A stretch of DNA of 64,000 nucleotides from an uncultured archaeon (GTDB lineage: Archaea; Asgardarchaeota; Lokiarchaeia; Sigyniarchaeales; SOKP01). The position numbers were made by a program, and so were the translations under genes. Numbering within the stretch: the first letter of the stretch is position 1; each line of letters starts with the position of its first letter. The notes beneath the pieces are model-generated. The model did no database searches and was not told the origin of the DNA. It saw only the letters and a program-made list of their open reading frames with translations. This document shows positions 9,801 to 19,621 of the stretch, in pieces. The stretch spans positions 96,001 through 160,000 of the forward strand of contig CAZALK010000011.1 of NCBI GenBank assembly GCA_964486045.1, read 5' to 3'.

Positions 9801-10634
9801 TTATTCCACAATTGCATAACCATTGCTTATTACAACACTTTTCTCTGTGTGTGCTTGAATGATAAACCTTCCGTTATCTTTCCAACCTTCTGTAGTAATT
9901 GTGTCACCAGGATAAACAGGTAAAGAAAATCTTGCACTAAATTCTTTAAACCGATTCACATCACCTTCACAAGCTCCATACAATACTGCTCGAGCAGCAA
10001 AGCCATATGTACATAACCCATGAAGAATAGGATCATTAAATCTACCACTCAATTTAGCATAACTTGGATCTAAGTGTAAAGGATTGAGATCTCCATTTAA
10101 TCTATATATAGCTGCTTGATTCTCTGTAGTTTTATAAGATATGCTAAAATCAGGCTTAACACCCTCTGGAGGATTCAAAGATTGGGCTTTTGGTCCAGAT
10201 TCTCCACCAAATCCTCCACCATCTAATAAAACATGTACCCATTTTGCATCAAATATGTGTTCTCCTTTCTCATTAAACCCTTGCCTTATTGAATGAATTA
10301 CTGCATTTCTTCCTTTATCATAAATATTAGTTATTGTTCCTTTTCTCCTGATTTTTCCTTGCGGTGGAAAGGGACGATAAAGCTTTATACATTGCTCTCC
10401 ATGAATAAATTTCGCCCATTCAACGTTTCCAAGCTTTTCAAAGGGCGCAGCACCATCACCAGCAATAACTGCATAGCTTGGAAATACCTTTACTCCTCCT
10501 TGTGTTCTTTCATAAAGAAATGGTAATTCATTAGTTTGAGCGCCAATTCCTAATGCATAGAGCACTACATCTTTCCACTTATATTCAAATATGCTTTCCC
10601 GTGTTTGACCTACTGCGTTTATATCTATTGTCAT
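9801..10634 (-). CDS. (R)-specific enoyl-CoA hydratase 2 / MaoC dehydratase (MFE-2 hydratase-like)
   Basis: Hydratase-2 motif YRLNGDLNPLHLDP, PILHGLCTYG, LYALGIGA, HGEQ, GGGFGG. Confidence 0.9.
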   Translation of the reverse strand: MTIDINAVGQTRESIFEYKWKDVVLYALGIGAQTNELPFLYERTQGGVKVFPSYAVIAGDGAAPFEKLGNVEWAKFIHGEQCIKLYRPFPPQGKIRRKGTITNIYDKGRNAVIHSIRQGFNEKGEHIFDAKWVHVLLDGGGFGGESGPKAQSLNPPEGVKPDFSISYKTTENQAAIYRLNGDLNPLHLDPSYAKLSGRFNDPILHGLCTYGFAARAVLYGACEGDVNRFKEFSARFSLPVYPGDTITTEGWKDNGRFIIQAHTEKSVVISNGYAIVE

Positions 10635-10788
10635 AATTTATCTTTCTTATAAAATAATGTAATAAAAAATGTAATATATTTAAAAAATCTTTTTTATGTG
10701 AAAGTTACCAAAAACTTCCAAATGACAAAAAAAAAAAAGTTATTACTTAAAGGATTAATTAAATACTTAAAAATATTGTTTTAGTTTG

Positions 10789-10834
10789 GAATGGAAAGGC
10801 TAAATTCAGAGTCTGATTTCAAAGAAAATTTAGT
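10789..10834 (+). repeat. Dispersed intergenic palindromic repeat, copy 2
   Basis: gaatggaaaggctaaattcagagtctgatttcaaagaaaatttagt. Confidence 0.85.
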
Positions 10835-10906
10835 TTTATAAATCTCATAATAAAAAAATATATGACACCTTATTATCCTATTTATAAATACCGAATGAAT
10901 TGGTGA

Positions 10907-11473
10907 ATGATTATTATTTTAAATCGGTTGAAAGTGAGTGGTAGATTCAGAACTAATTGTTATCTTTTTGGGGATGAAATTACAAAAGAAATTGGAATTA
11001 TTGATCCCGGGATTGATTCAAACTATGTTGAAAGCATTATTACTAGAGAAGGCTATAAGCCGGTTTATTTAATAGGTACACATGCACACCATGACCATAT
11101 TCAATGCGCTATTGATATCATGGATTACTATAATATTCCATTCTTGATCAAGAATTTTGGGAGAGGAAAAGTTGAATATTTAAACTATATTAATGAAGAT
11201 GACGTAATAGAAATAGGAGCAGAGCGTCTTCATGTAATTGAGACGCCAGGTCACACCAGAAACGACGTGATGCTGATAGATTATAAAAATAGGCTTATCT
11301 TTACCGGAGATACTCTACTGCGGGGCAGAATCCCAAGGCAGCTTACAAATTATACTAATTTGATGACTAGTATTAGAAAAATATTATATTATCCGAAAAT
11401 TTCGGAAGAGTTCAAAATCTATCCAGGTCATGGGAGTCATTCTACAATAGGTGAAGAAAGGTTGAACTACTAA
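10907..11473 (+). CDS. MBL-fold metallo-hydrolase (glyoxalase II-like)
   Basis: IIDPG, THAHHDH, TPGHT, FTGDTL, YPGHG. Confidence 0.9.
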   Translation: MIIILNRLKVSGRFRTNCYLFGDEITKEIGIIDPGIDSNYVESIITREGYKPVYLIGTHAHHDHIQCAIDIMDYYNIPFLIKNFGRGKVEYLNYINEDDVIEIGAERLHVIETPGHTRNDVMLIDYKNRLIFTGDTLLRGRIPRQLTNYTNLMTSIRKILYYPKISEEFKIYPGHGSHSTIGEERLNY

Positions 11474-11636
11474 GATATTGATATGTTCAAGAAGAAATTA
11501 TATAAAAAAAATCGAATAGAATAATCTTCTAGGTTGAAATATACCAAGTTATCAAACCTATAGGAATCCGAGAGGGAAACAAGATTTGATTTTTAAAACT
11601 TCAAAAACTAATGTTAAATGTTAAAAAACACACGAT

Positions 11637-12389
11637 ATGAAATTATTTATGGTAAAATATAATCATTGTGAGAAGTGTAAAAAGATATATAATACAGAAG
11701 TATGGATAGGTGAGGTACATATATATGACGGGTTTTGTTCTTCATGTATGCCAGTAGAAAAAGAAGAAAACCAAATGAAGCAAGAAAGTGCTAAAGATCA
11801 TATCGTGGCTAAACATGATAGGGAACATATCGAGAGAATAGAGGATTATCATGAAATTGCTCAATCTTCACCTATAGAAATTGAAAGAAATCTACTTCTA
11901 TGTTTGGAACAGAAAGTTAATGACGTTTTATCTAGTAATGGTTCAATAAATGTTCTAATTAAGGAAATCAAAGACGATCTTGTAGATAAAGCAAAGGAAA
12001 GGATTGAAGAAACATTTCAGAGTTTTGACGTGAATAAAATTGATGCTCAAAAAGTTGTTGATTATGCTGATAATATTTTGGCTTATTTAAGTGAATATAA
12101 AGATTATATGGATAACGTAAATATAAAAATTCAGGCTAAGCCTAAAATGAAGGTAAAAACTGCAATAGATAAAGTCTTCAAAGAATCAATGGCAAATTTA
12201 CCGAGACATGTTACAAAGGATATCCTCATTAATGAGAAAGAAATGTTGAAAATTGTTTCCGAAAGAGCATCAAATTTTTATAAAATTTACTCAGGTATGA
12301 AGGAGCCATTTGAAATCACCAAAAAAATGGTTTTACACCCATTTACCGAAATCCAAAAGAATCTCAGAACTCTTCCCTTCTACGACTAA
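11637..12389 (+). CDS. Hypothetical protein with N-terminal CxxC..CxxC zinc ribbon and helical body
   Basis: 250-aa ORF; CEKC and CSSC. Confidence 0.6.
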   Translation: MKLFMVKYNHCEKCKKIYNTEVWIGEVHIYDGFCSSCMPVEKEENQMKQESAKDHIVAKHDREHIERIEDYHEIAQSSPIEIERNLLLCLEQKVNDVLSSNGSINVLIKEIKDDLVDKAKERIEETFQSFDVNKIDAQKVVDYADNILAYLSEYKDYMDNVNIKIQAKPKMKVKTAIDKVFKESMANLPRHVTKDILINEKEMLKIVSERASNFYKIYSGMKEPFEITKKMVLHPFTEIQKNLRTLPFYD

Positions 12390-12439
12390 AGAAACTTTAG
12401 ATAAAAGGTTTTAATTTTAAAATCGAATTTCCTGAACCT

Positions 12440-12471
12440 GAAAGGTAAATTCAGAGTCTGATTTCAATGAA
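12440..12471 (+). repeat. Dispersed intergenic palindromic repeat, copy 3
   Basis: gaaaggtaaattcagagtctgatttcaatgaa, between convergent genes. Confidence 0.85.
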
Positions 12472-12530
12472 GTTTCATCTTTATGGTTTATCGAAAAAAT
12501 AGATATACAAAGATAAGCTTAAGGATTTAT

Positions 12531-13589
12531 TTAATTTAGTGAGATCATGGTAAATGGATTATGAAGAGGACTTCCCTTAGTAATATGCATTACTTTCTGG
12601 TTCAAGTCCATCAAAATTGTGCATACTGTGCCAACTTTTTCCTTTACTCTACCAGGGATATATTTTCTACATATTGGTAATTCAGAATCAGTATCATCCA
12701 ATAATATACTTTTCATAAGTTCTAATGACTGTGGGTGGGAATTTTTTGCCAAATTGCTTGCAAGTTTGTACCTATTAAATGAGCTAAGCAATAATTCTGG
12801 TTTTGAATTTAGTTTTTCATTCTTCAAAAAATGGTTAGTATGAATAAAATGATTATTTTCAACCTCTAAAAGATAGACTTCACTACCTCCAAATTCAATA
12901 TCCTGGTATTTTCCGTTTTTATCACCCAATAATATATTCCCAGATCGCCCTTTACCCACACTCTTAGCTAAGATTTTAGCTTCTTCAATAGATTTACTAT
13001 CTAGCATGGCACGAAGAATAATATGAATTGGTAACCCGTTTAATTCTTCGTTTACACTAAGGAAATTTAAACAAACTCCCAAACCGGAATTATTAAAACC
13101 AATTTTACCAATCATCCCTGGTTCAGTTACTTGAATTATTTTGTGACCATCTGGTTTGGTCAATCTCATAATAAAGGCTAATTCTTCAAAATCTGCAGCC
13201 CAATCCCAATTTTGACCCAGAACACGTGGATTTTTGAAGTATAATGCAGTACACTCAGTACTCCCATTTTCCATATTCGACATAATTTCACTTCTTGAAT
13301 TAATTGCATAAATCCATAGAGGATCTACATCTGATGCTTCAGCAATAGATTCAATTTCAATTGAATAATCTGAATTATAGGCATGAATTATCTTTTTAAA
13401 ATTTCTAGCTGAATTTAAAATATATTTTCTATTACTCTCCCGACCATCTTCATCTAAATTCTTGGTTACATCACTATAAAATTCAATTACACGGTTTATT
13501 CTTGTTTTCAATAATTTTCCATGCTGTGTCCCTATTTCTTCAGGACTCCCAGTTACATCTATTAGTGGAAATTTTTCTTCCTTATCCAT
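12531..13589 (-). CDS. Peptidase C45 / acyl-CoA:6-APA acyltransferase-like Ntn hydrolase
   Basis: E-CTALYF autocleavage Cys, GQNWDW, GFNNSGLGV, HTNHF; start moved to the MDKEEK ATG at 13589. Confidence 0.85.
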   Translation of the reverse strand: MDKEEKFPLIDVTGSPEEIGTQHGKLLKTRINRVIEFYSDVTKNLDEDGRESNRKYILNSARNFKKIIHAYNSDYSIEIESIAEASDVDPLWIYAINSRSEIMSNMENGSTECTALYFKNPRVLGQNWDWAADFEELAFIMRLTKPDGHKIIQVTEPGMIGKIGFNNSGLGVCLNFLSVNEELNGLPIHIILRAMLDSKSIEEAKILAKSVGKGRSGNILLGDKNGKYQDIEFGGSEVYLLEVENNHFIHTNHFLKNEKLNSKPELLLSSFNRYKLASNLAKNSHPQSLELMKSILLDDTDSELPICRKYIPGRVKEKVGTVCTILMDLNQKVMHITKGSPLHNPFTMISLN

Positions 13590-13759
13590 TGTATTGATTG
13601 ATAAATTCTTTCTTACCATCTTTGAATAGTGCATTTTATTTAAGAATTTAAGAATTATATCGAAAAAAAGCTGAAAATAAGAAGGAGGAGAGAATGGTAC
13701 AAAATCTCGAAGATAAAATAATATTTGTTCCAATTTTCTGTGAAAATGGATTGGTTAGG

Positions 13760-13780
13760 GAAATTCAGAGTCTGAATTTC
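13760..13780. repeat. Dispersed intergenic repeat, copy 4 (perfect 21-bp palindrome)
   Basis: GAAATTCAGA-G-TCTGAATTTC, with outer AATGGA/TCCATT inverted flanks. Confidence 0.85.
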
Positions 13781-13865
13781 ATGAGAATTCCATTGAAAAA
13801 CTAAGGAAAATTAGAAGATTTATTTATATCTTGAATGATAAAATAATTATTTAGTTTTAAAATAA

Positions 13866-16640
13866 ATGATTAAAATGAAAGGGACTAAAAATAATTATCT
13901 CGTTGGTTTAGGTGAGGATACTTCAACAGATCTTGATGTGGTGGGGGGAAAAGGGGCTAGTTTGGGCCGGTTGTTTAAGGCTAATTTCCCTGTCCCGTCT
14001 GGATTTGTTGTTACTACGCGCGCCTATATTGCGTGCCTTCGTGAAAATAATGTTGAGGCACAGATCGAAAAAATGCTAAAGCGGCTTGATTACGGGAATC
14101 TTGATGAGTTAGAAAAGGACACGGCAAAGATAAGGGAGATTATCCTCGATTGTACCTTCTCCGACGGCTTAGCTAATGAGATCGTGGAGGCTTATGGAAA
14201 GCTGGGCGATAAATCCTACGTCGCTGTTCGTTCTTCAAGTATAGCCGAGGATCTAGAGGGTTCTTCCTTCGCTGGACAATACGATACATATCTTGACGTT
14301 AAGGGTAGTAGTGCACTGTTGGATGCAGTGCAACGATGTTGGGCGTCCATGTGGACTGCACGAGTGACGGCATATCGTCAGAACAAGGGCTTCGACTATA
14401 ATGATCTTAGCATCGCCGTTGTAGTCCAATTAATGGTCGAACCAGATGTTGCTGGTGTAATGTTCGTTGGAAACCCCATTAATGCCAGGGCCGATGAGAT
14501 CGTTATCAACGCGAGTTGGGGACTAGGCGAGGTGGTGGTATCGGGCAGCGTCACACCAGATGAGTTTATCGTTGCCCGAGAAACACTTCAGATTAAGCGT
14601 CGCACTCTCGGTTCGAAGGAGTTTCAGGTGATACGGAATAAGGAGACCGGGATTGGTACGGCTGAGGAACCTATACCCGGCAATCTTCAAGATGTGTATA
14701 GTCTTTCGGATGATCAGATACGTAAAATAACAGAGCTGGGCCTAAAGGTCACGAATTATTACGATGGATTACCCCAGGACATTGAGTGGGCGTTGGTGGA
14801 TAGTTCCTTCTTCTTGCTCCAGTCCCGACCCGTGACTGGTGTGGAATTCACCTGGGAAGAAGAACTTGACCTGTGGCCGTCAATCCCGGAAGATAACAAC
14901 ATCATTTGGACCCGATCATGGGCAGACGAAGTGTGGACTGGTGCTATCACACCTTTAATGTGGTCAGTCCGAGGTCGTTGGATGCGTGATGGGGGTTCCG
15001 CTAACTACCGGCACTTCGGTATGGGCAATCTCGCTGAGCTACGAGCGTATAAGTATCATCATGGCACCGTCTATTACAACACAAGAGCGGATGAACTAAT
15101 GGCCGAATATTGTCTTCCCCCTAACCTTAGAGCACACTTTCTCAGTCGTCTTCACCCGTCTCAGCTAGAAAAAGCTATAAATGCACCCTTCGATCTTTGG
15201 CGAACCTTGAAGATGTTCGTTAGGATCGAGGAAACGCAACCTGGGATGGGTATCGGAAATTTTTCTATAGGGAATAAAGTGTTCACACAAAAACCTAAGA
15301 GCGGGAAAAAATACGAATTAAGACGTGCGACGGTAAATGCAGCATTTCCTGATCTTGACCAAATCAAACAGGAGATCCAAGCCCTGAAAGACGAGGAATT
15401 GAGACCACGCGTAATGCAATATAACAATATCTTTGCGAATGGCGTCGCGAGAGGTGCTTGGGGTATCATTCACATCTATGCACCAGTTATTCGTGCCCTT
15501 CTCGATGGTGTATTACGATATTGGTATAATGGTGACAATCCAGACGCCTTTATAGAAATATTAAGTGGAATTCCTGAGCAAACTCAACAGTTTAATGACG
15601 ACTATTCTTTTTGGGAACTTGCAGAAATGATCAGACATTCCAAGAAGCTACGCACGCTGTTCGAGGAATTCAAAGGAGCAGTATTCTTCGAGGAACTCAA
15701 GAATCACGAAGAAGGACGTGCCTTCCTTGCCAAATATGAGGAATTTTTGGAGGTAGCCTTTTACCGGGGTCACGCTGATCGAGATATATACTTTGACCGA
15801 CGTATCGAGGATCCATCTCTCGACTACGAAGCTTTGCGGGTGCTCTTAAAATCGGAAGAGATAGTCTCACCGGATGAAAGGGAGGAAAAATTGAACCAGC
15901 GACGAGAAATCGCAACTGCTGAGGTAATCGAGAATCTCGTCAAGCAACAAATGGGAGATTTAAAAGTAGCCATCTTTAAGTTCTTAGTGAACTATAGTTT
16001 GAAATTCTTCACGGGACGTGATGACTCGCGCCCGATGTCCGATATTGTAACCTTCCAAAAGAAGCTTGTGCTCTGCGAGTATGGTAGCAGAACTGTCTCT
16101 CGAGGTCTGTTAAAGGGAGAGGATGATTTTTATTTCCTTTCGCTGGATGAACTTGACGGATTACTTAAGGGGAACGAGCCACAAGCACTTACCAGGGCAA
16201 AAGTTGCTGCCCGTAGGAAAGCTTTTGACCTTTTCCTTACACATGAAAAGGATCCACCCCTCTTTCTCAAGAATAATATACCTTTGGACGAAGGTGAGGC
16301 AATAGGTGGTGATAATGATGGTATATTGAAAGGTGTTGGGATGAGTCGCGGGTTAGCTACTGGACGAGCCCGAGTTATTCCTACTCTGAAGGACATTGGT
16401 CGTTTGGAGAAAGGTGATATCCTTATCTGTCACGGCACAGATCCGGGATGGACTTCGGCGTTTAGTATTGTTGCTGGTGTAGTTGCGCAAACCGGGGGTA
16501 TGCTCGCTCATTTTTCCTGCCTTTCTCGGGAATATGGTTTACCGGCGGTATCACTTCCAAACGCCTTAAAACTCATCAATGATGGATCTATTATTTCTCT
16601 TGACGGCAACAGTGGTGAAATTCGGTTAATTTCCGAGTAG
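13866..16640 (+). CDS. PEP-synthase-like phosphotransferase with rifampicin phosphotransferase (RPH)/PigC-type domain order
   Basis: N-terminal ATP-grasp (VGGKGASL, VAVRSS..EDL..SFAGQY, PQDIEW..LLQSRP), large central domain, C-terminal phospho-His domain (TDPGWT, GGMLAH..SREYG). Confidence 0.85.
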   Translation: MIKMKGTKNNYLVGLGEDTSTDLDVVGGKGASLGRLFKANFPVPSGFVVTTRAYIACLRENNVEAQIEKMLKRLDYGNLDELEKDTAKIREIILDCTFSDGLANEIVEAYGKLGDKSYVAVRSSSIAEDLEGSSFAGQYDTYLDVKGSSALLDAVQRCWASMWTARVTAYRQNKGFDYNDLSIAVVVQLMVEPDVAGVMFVGNPINARADEIVINASWGLGEVVVSGSVTPDEFIVARETLQIKRRTLGSKEFQVIRNKETGIGTAEEPIPGNLQDVYSLSDDQIRKITELGLKVTNYYDGLPQDIEWALVDSSFFLLQSRPVTGVEFTWEEELDLWPSIPEDNNIIWTRSWADEVWTGAITPLMWSVRGRWMRDGGSANYRHFGMGNLAELRAYKYHHGTVYYNTRADELMAEYCLPPNLRAHFLSRLHPSQLEKAINAPFDLWRTLKMFVRIEETQPGMGIGNFSIGNKVFTQKPKSGKKYELRRATVNAAFPDLDQIKQEIQALKDEELRPRVMQYNNIFANGVARGAWGIIHIYAPVIRALLDGVLRYWYNGDNPDAFIEILSGIPEQTQQFNDDYSFWELAEMIRHSKKLRTLFEEFKGAVFFEELKNHEEGRAFLAKYEEFLEVAFYRGHADRDIYFDRRIEDPSLDYEALRVLLKSEEIVSPDEREEKLNQRREIATAEVIENLVKQQMGDLKVAIFKFLVNYSLKFFTGRDDSRPMSDIVTFQKKLVLCEYGSRTVSRGLLKGEDDFYFLSLDELDGLLKGNEPQALTRAKVAARRKAFDLFLTHEKDPPLFLKNNIPLDEGEAIGGDNDGILKGVGMSRGLATGRARVIPTLKDIGRLEKGDILICHGTDPGWTSAFSIVAGVVAQTGGMLAHFSCLSREYGLPAVSLPNALKLINDGSIISLDGNSGEIRLISE

Positions 16641-16840
16641 GTGATGAATTTGGAAAAATTAATTTAATAAAAGAGAAAATAAATGTGTATTGAATATGGG
16701 TTTAGAGTGCCATTATGAATATTAGCAGGTAGAAATGTATTTATTACAAACGATGGAGGAAAAGAAACTTGACAATTCTTTTGAAATAAATTAATTACAG
16801 ACCAATCAACGACCCATATGCTCATGAATATTGTCAGTTG

Positions 16841-17179
16841 CTAGAATCTCCACCCAGAACAGAACATACATTTCTCTTGCTCTGCGATCCAAGCTTCAAT
16901 TCCGAGTTCTTTCATCCTTTTCATATTTTCTACAGTTTGTTCGTGGTGATCATAGCCATCGGAAGCAAAATCCTCCAGCTTCCGACAAAGAAACTCATCA
17001 CAGTCGATACAATATCGATGACCCTTTTCTCGTGCACAAGGCAATATTACACAATCAATGCTCTCGTGAACCTCAAGCGGACGACTTCCACACTCGATTT
17101 CACATTTCTTGGTGTGATAATCAGGACATTTCGCACAGTTTAATCCACAAATAGATATATCCCATTCTTCAGTTCCCAT
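16841..17179 (-). CDS. DUF3795-type Cys-rich protein
   Basis: ICGLNCAKCP..C..C..CVILPCAREKG..YCIDCDEFLC. Confidence 0.8.
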   Translation of the reverse strand: MGTEEWDISICGLNCAKCPDYHTKKCEIECGSRPLEVHESIDCVILPCAREKGHRYCIDCDEFLCRKLEDFASDGYDHHEQTVENMKRMKELGIEAWIAEQEKCMFCSGWRF

Positions 17180-17269
17180 GAATCCAATTCATTTCGTTTT
17201 GTATTTTTGTATGATTTTAATGATTTTATTAGTTTTCTACTATAATATGATTTTCGATATTAACACCTA

Positions 17270-18079
17270 TTACTCTAAACCTACGACATCTAAAGGTGCG
17301 CGAGGAGGAGTGCGATAATATTTGACTGCAGGGTAACCAATTGTCATTACTCCATTAAGTTGCCCCTCTAATCCGATAACTTTCATCATTTCTTTATTCA
17401 TTCCTAAACCATGAGCATTTCCTATCCAACATGTTGCTAAACCGAGTGTGTGTGCGGCAAGCTGACCATATGTGAGCACAATTCCTGCATCATGTGGGGG
17501 CATCGAAGCCCACTTACTCGTAGCATGAAATATTACTGTTGGAGCACCAAGAAAAATGGGATCACTATCAACTGAACTAAAATATTTCAATGCCGCTTCT
17601 GCAGAAGGCCATCCTAAATAACGATACATTATTTTAATTGATTCCTGACTTAATGTTTTTATTGTTGAAGGGTCAGAAATTACTGAAAATTTCCATGCTC
17701 TCCGATTATCCGCACTTGAAGCATAACGCATAGCTTCAAAAACTTTTTTAAGTAACTCTTGGGGAACATTTTTAATTTTATATTGGCGTATAGATCTCTT
17801 AGCTCTTAATAATTGCATTAATTTTTCATAAGATACATTATATTCGTAGTTTTCTACACCCGGATAAGATTCCACATCATCTTCCCAGTTTCCTTCCCAC
17901 AATATAGCATTCTCTTTACAAATCGCGACACATTTTCCACAAAAATTACATCGCTTCATTTCATCAGCAAGACGAATTATTTTCCCAGAAGAATCTTCCT
18001 TAAAAAGACCTCTAGTGCAATCAGATACGCATCTTTTACAAACAGAGCATTTTTCATAATTTATTCCAACTATAGACAT
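17270..18079 (-). CDS. Nitroreductase with N-terminal 2x[4Fe-4S] ferredoxin domain
   Basis: CSVCKRCVSDC, CNFCGKCVAIC, KRSIRQY, GLATCWIG, IGYP. Confidence 0.9.
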   Translation of the reverse strand: MSIVGINYEKCSVCKRCVSDCTRGLFKEDSSGKIIRLADEMKRCNFCGKCVAICKENAILWEGNWEDDVESYPGVENYEYNVSYEKLMQLLRAKRSIRQYKIKNVPQELLKKVFEAMRYASSADNRRAWKFSVISDPSTIKTLSQESIKIMYRYLGWPSAEAALKYFSSVDSDPIFLGAPTVIFHATSKWASMPPHDAGIVLTYGQLAAHTLGLATCWIGNAHGLGMNKEMMKVIGLEGQLNGVMTIGYPAVKYYRTPPRAPLDVVGLE

Positions 18080-18384
18080 AAGAATTAAGTCGGTTTTAAA
18101 TGATTTAAACTTTTTCTTAAAGTTTTATGACATATTTCGATGGGGAACCTGTAATTTTTTATTGAAACTATTAAAGAATTTAAGCTTTGAAAAAGTGGAT
18201 TTAATTGATTTTAAAATTGAGTCTAGATTAAACTTTTTATTTCCTAAAAGCTATTTATTTTAGGAATTTGAATTAAGGTGTAGAAATTATAATTTATTAA
18301 AGGTAAAAATAAGTATTTAGTATTTTTCGCATATAATAATTTATTTCAAAATCAATTAAATTTTGAGTAAAGAGGCTAAAAATT

Positions 18385-19572
18385 ATGAAAAGTAATAGTA
18401 GATGGCAACTGAAATGCATTTTAGCCCTAATTCTTTTTATTAACTTCACATTCTATTTTTCAAATATATATCTGTATAAAAACGGTGTAGTTTCAGTTAA
18501 ATACCCTAAATCCCAAAATATTTTAGATAATCGCATATTTTCTGAAAGCAGTCCATTTAATATTAAAATTCCTGAAAATGTAGCAATAGATTCTTTTTCA
18601 GAGAGTTATGTGAATGCTATTACTGATTCTTTTACTGATATGCTTGTAGTAGCTTTAGGAAATTGGTCAGTTCCTATATTTTTCGCAGATTCTTCTACAA
18701 CTTCTTATGATGTAAACATAACGGATCCCAATTGGGGGTTTATAATGGATGGTGTGCCAATTCCAGATAATGCAGCTCCAGATCCTGAGGAAGACGGACA
18801 TATGTGTATCATTGATAACTCATCAGGGATCGAATATGACTTTTGGCAAGCGGAAAAACAAGGGAATACGTGGAGTGCCTCTTGGGGAAATAATATCTCT
18901 ATTTATAGTACTGGAACATATCCATGGGGTGCTGGAGCTAGAGCTTCAGGTTTTGCTTTAACTGCTGGTTTAATTCTTCCTAAAGAATTTGAGCAAGGAA
19001 TTATTGACCATGCCTTAGTGTTTTCACTTGATCCATCTCTTGTAAAACAAGGTGGTCCTATACTACCTGCAACCGATAGTGATGGATATTCATCTGATCC
19101 TTTTGCTCTCCCCGAAGGAGCTCGTTTGCAGCTTGATCCTTCAATTAATTTAGATTATCGTAATTTAACGTCCAGTGAAAAAATAATCGCTAAAGTATTG
19201 CAGGAATATGGCATGATCCTTGGAGACATCGGGGGTGGAAGTCCAGAAATCTATGCTGCTAATCCGATCGGGGATACAGGAGGTTGGGAAAATTTCCTAA
19301 GCGTTGATTCAGATGGACTTGTATATTTATTTGAAGATAAAATCTCTATCGCCGAATTTAGAGTTCTAAAAATGAGTCAACAATATCCAAATCCACCAGA
19401 TGATCCCTGGGAAGATGAACCACTCCCTCCTTATGAAATTTATATAACATCACCAGAGTCAATTCCAGGATACAATACATCATTATTTTTTTTATTTCTT
19501 TTACTAGGTATGATAGTTAAAATAAAAAACCCCCGCAATAGAAAAAGTGTGGTTCTTGACGAAATAACTTAG
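18385..19572 (+). CDS. Secreted/surface protein with Loki-CTERM-type C-terminal anchor
   Basis: N-terminal signal helix; acidic Pro-rich linker, then IPGYN + hydrophobic helix + basic tail. Confidence 0.7.
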   Translation: MKSNSRWQLKCILALILFINFTFYFSNIYLYKNGVVSVKYPKSQNILDNRIFSESSPFNIKIPENVAIDSFSESYVNAITDSFTDMLVVALGNWSVPIFFADSSTTSYDVNITDPNWGFIMDGVPIPDNAAPDPEEDGHMCIIDNSSGIEYDFWQAEKQGNTWSASWGNNISIYSTGTYPWGAGARASGFALTAGLILPKEFEQGIIDHALVFSLDPSLVKQGGPILPATDSDGYSSDPFALPEGARLQLDPSINLDYRNLTSSEKIIAKVLQEYGMILGDIGGGSPEIYAANPIGDTGGWENFLSVDSDGLVYLFEDKISIAEFRVLKMSQQYPNPPDDPWEDEPLPPYEIYITSPESIPGYNTSLFFLFLLLGMIVKIKNPRNRKSVVLDEIT

Positions 19573-19621
19573 TTTATACTATTTATGAGGTCAAATAAGA
19601 ATTAAAGAAAAGAAGTTAGAA

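Noticed and set aside
13590-13733. N-terminal extension of the C45 peptidase ORF
   Set aside because: Looks like intergenic sequence; the family-like sequence begins at MDKEEKFPLIDVTG
8260-13794. CRISPR array or classical integron attC sites
   Set aside because: Copies are 1.3-2.5 kb apart, lack RYYYAAC/GTTRRRY ends, genes between them are in mixed orientation, and no cas or intI gene is present
14759-16396. Short overlapping ORFs within the phosphotransferase, and similar shadow ORFs throughout the track
   Set aside because: Antisense or off-frame shadows of well-supported genes with no motifs
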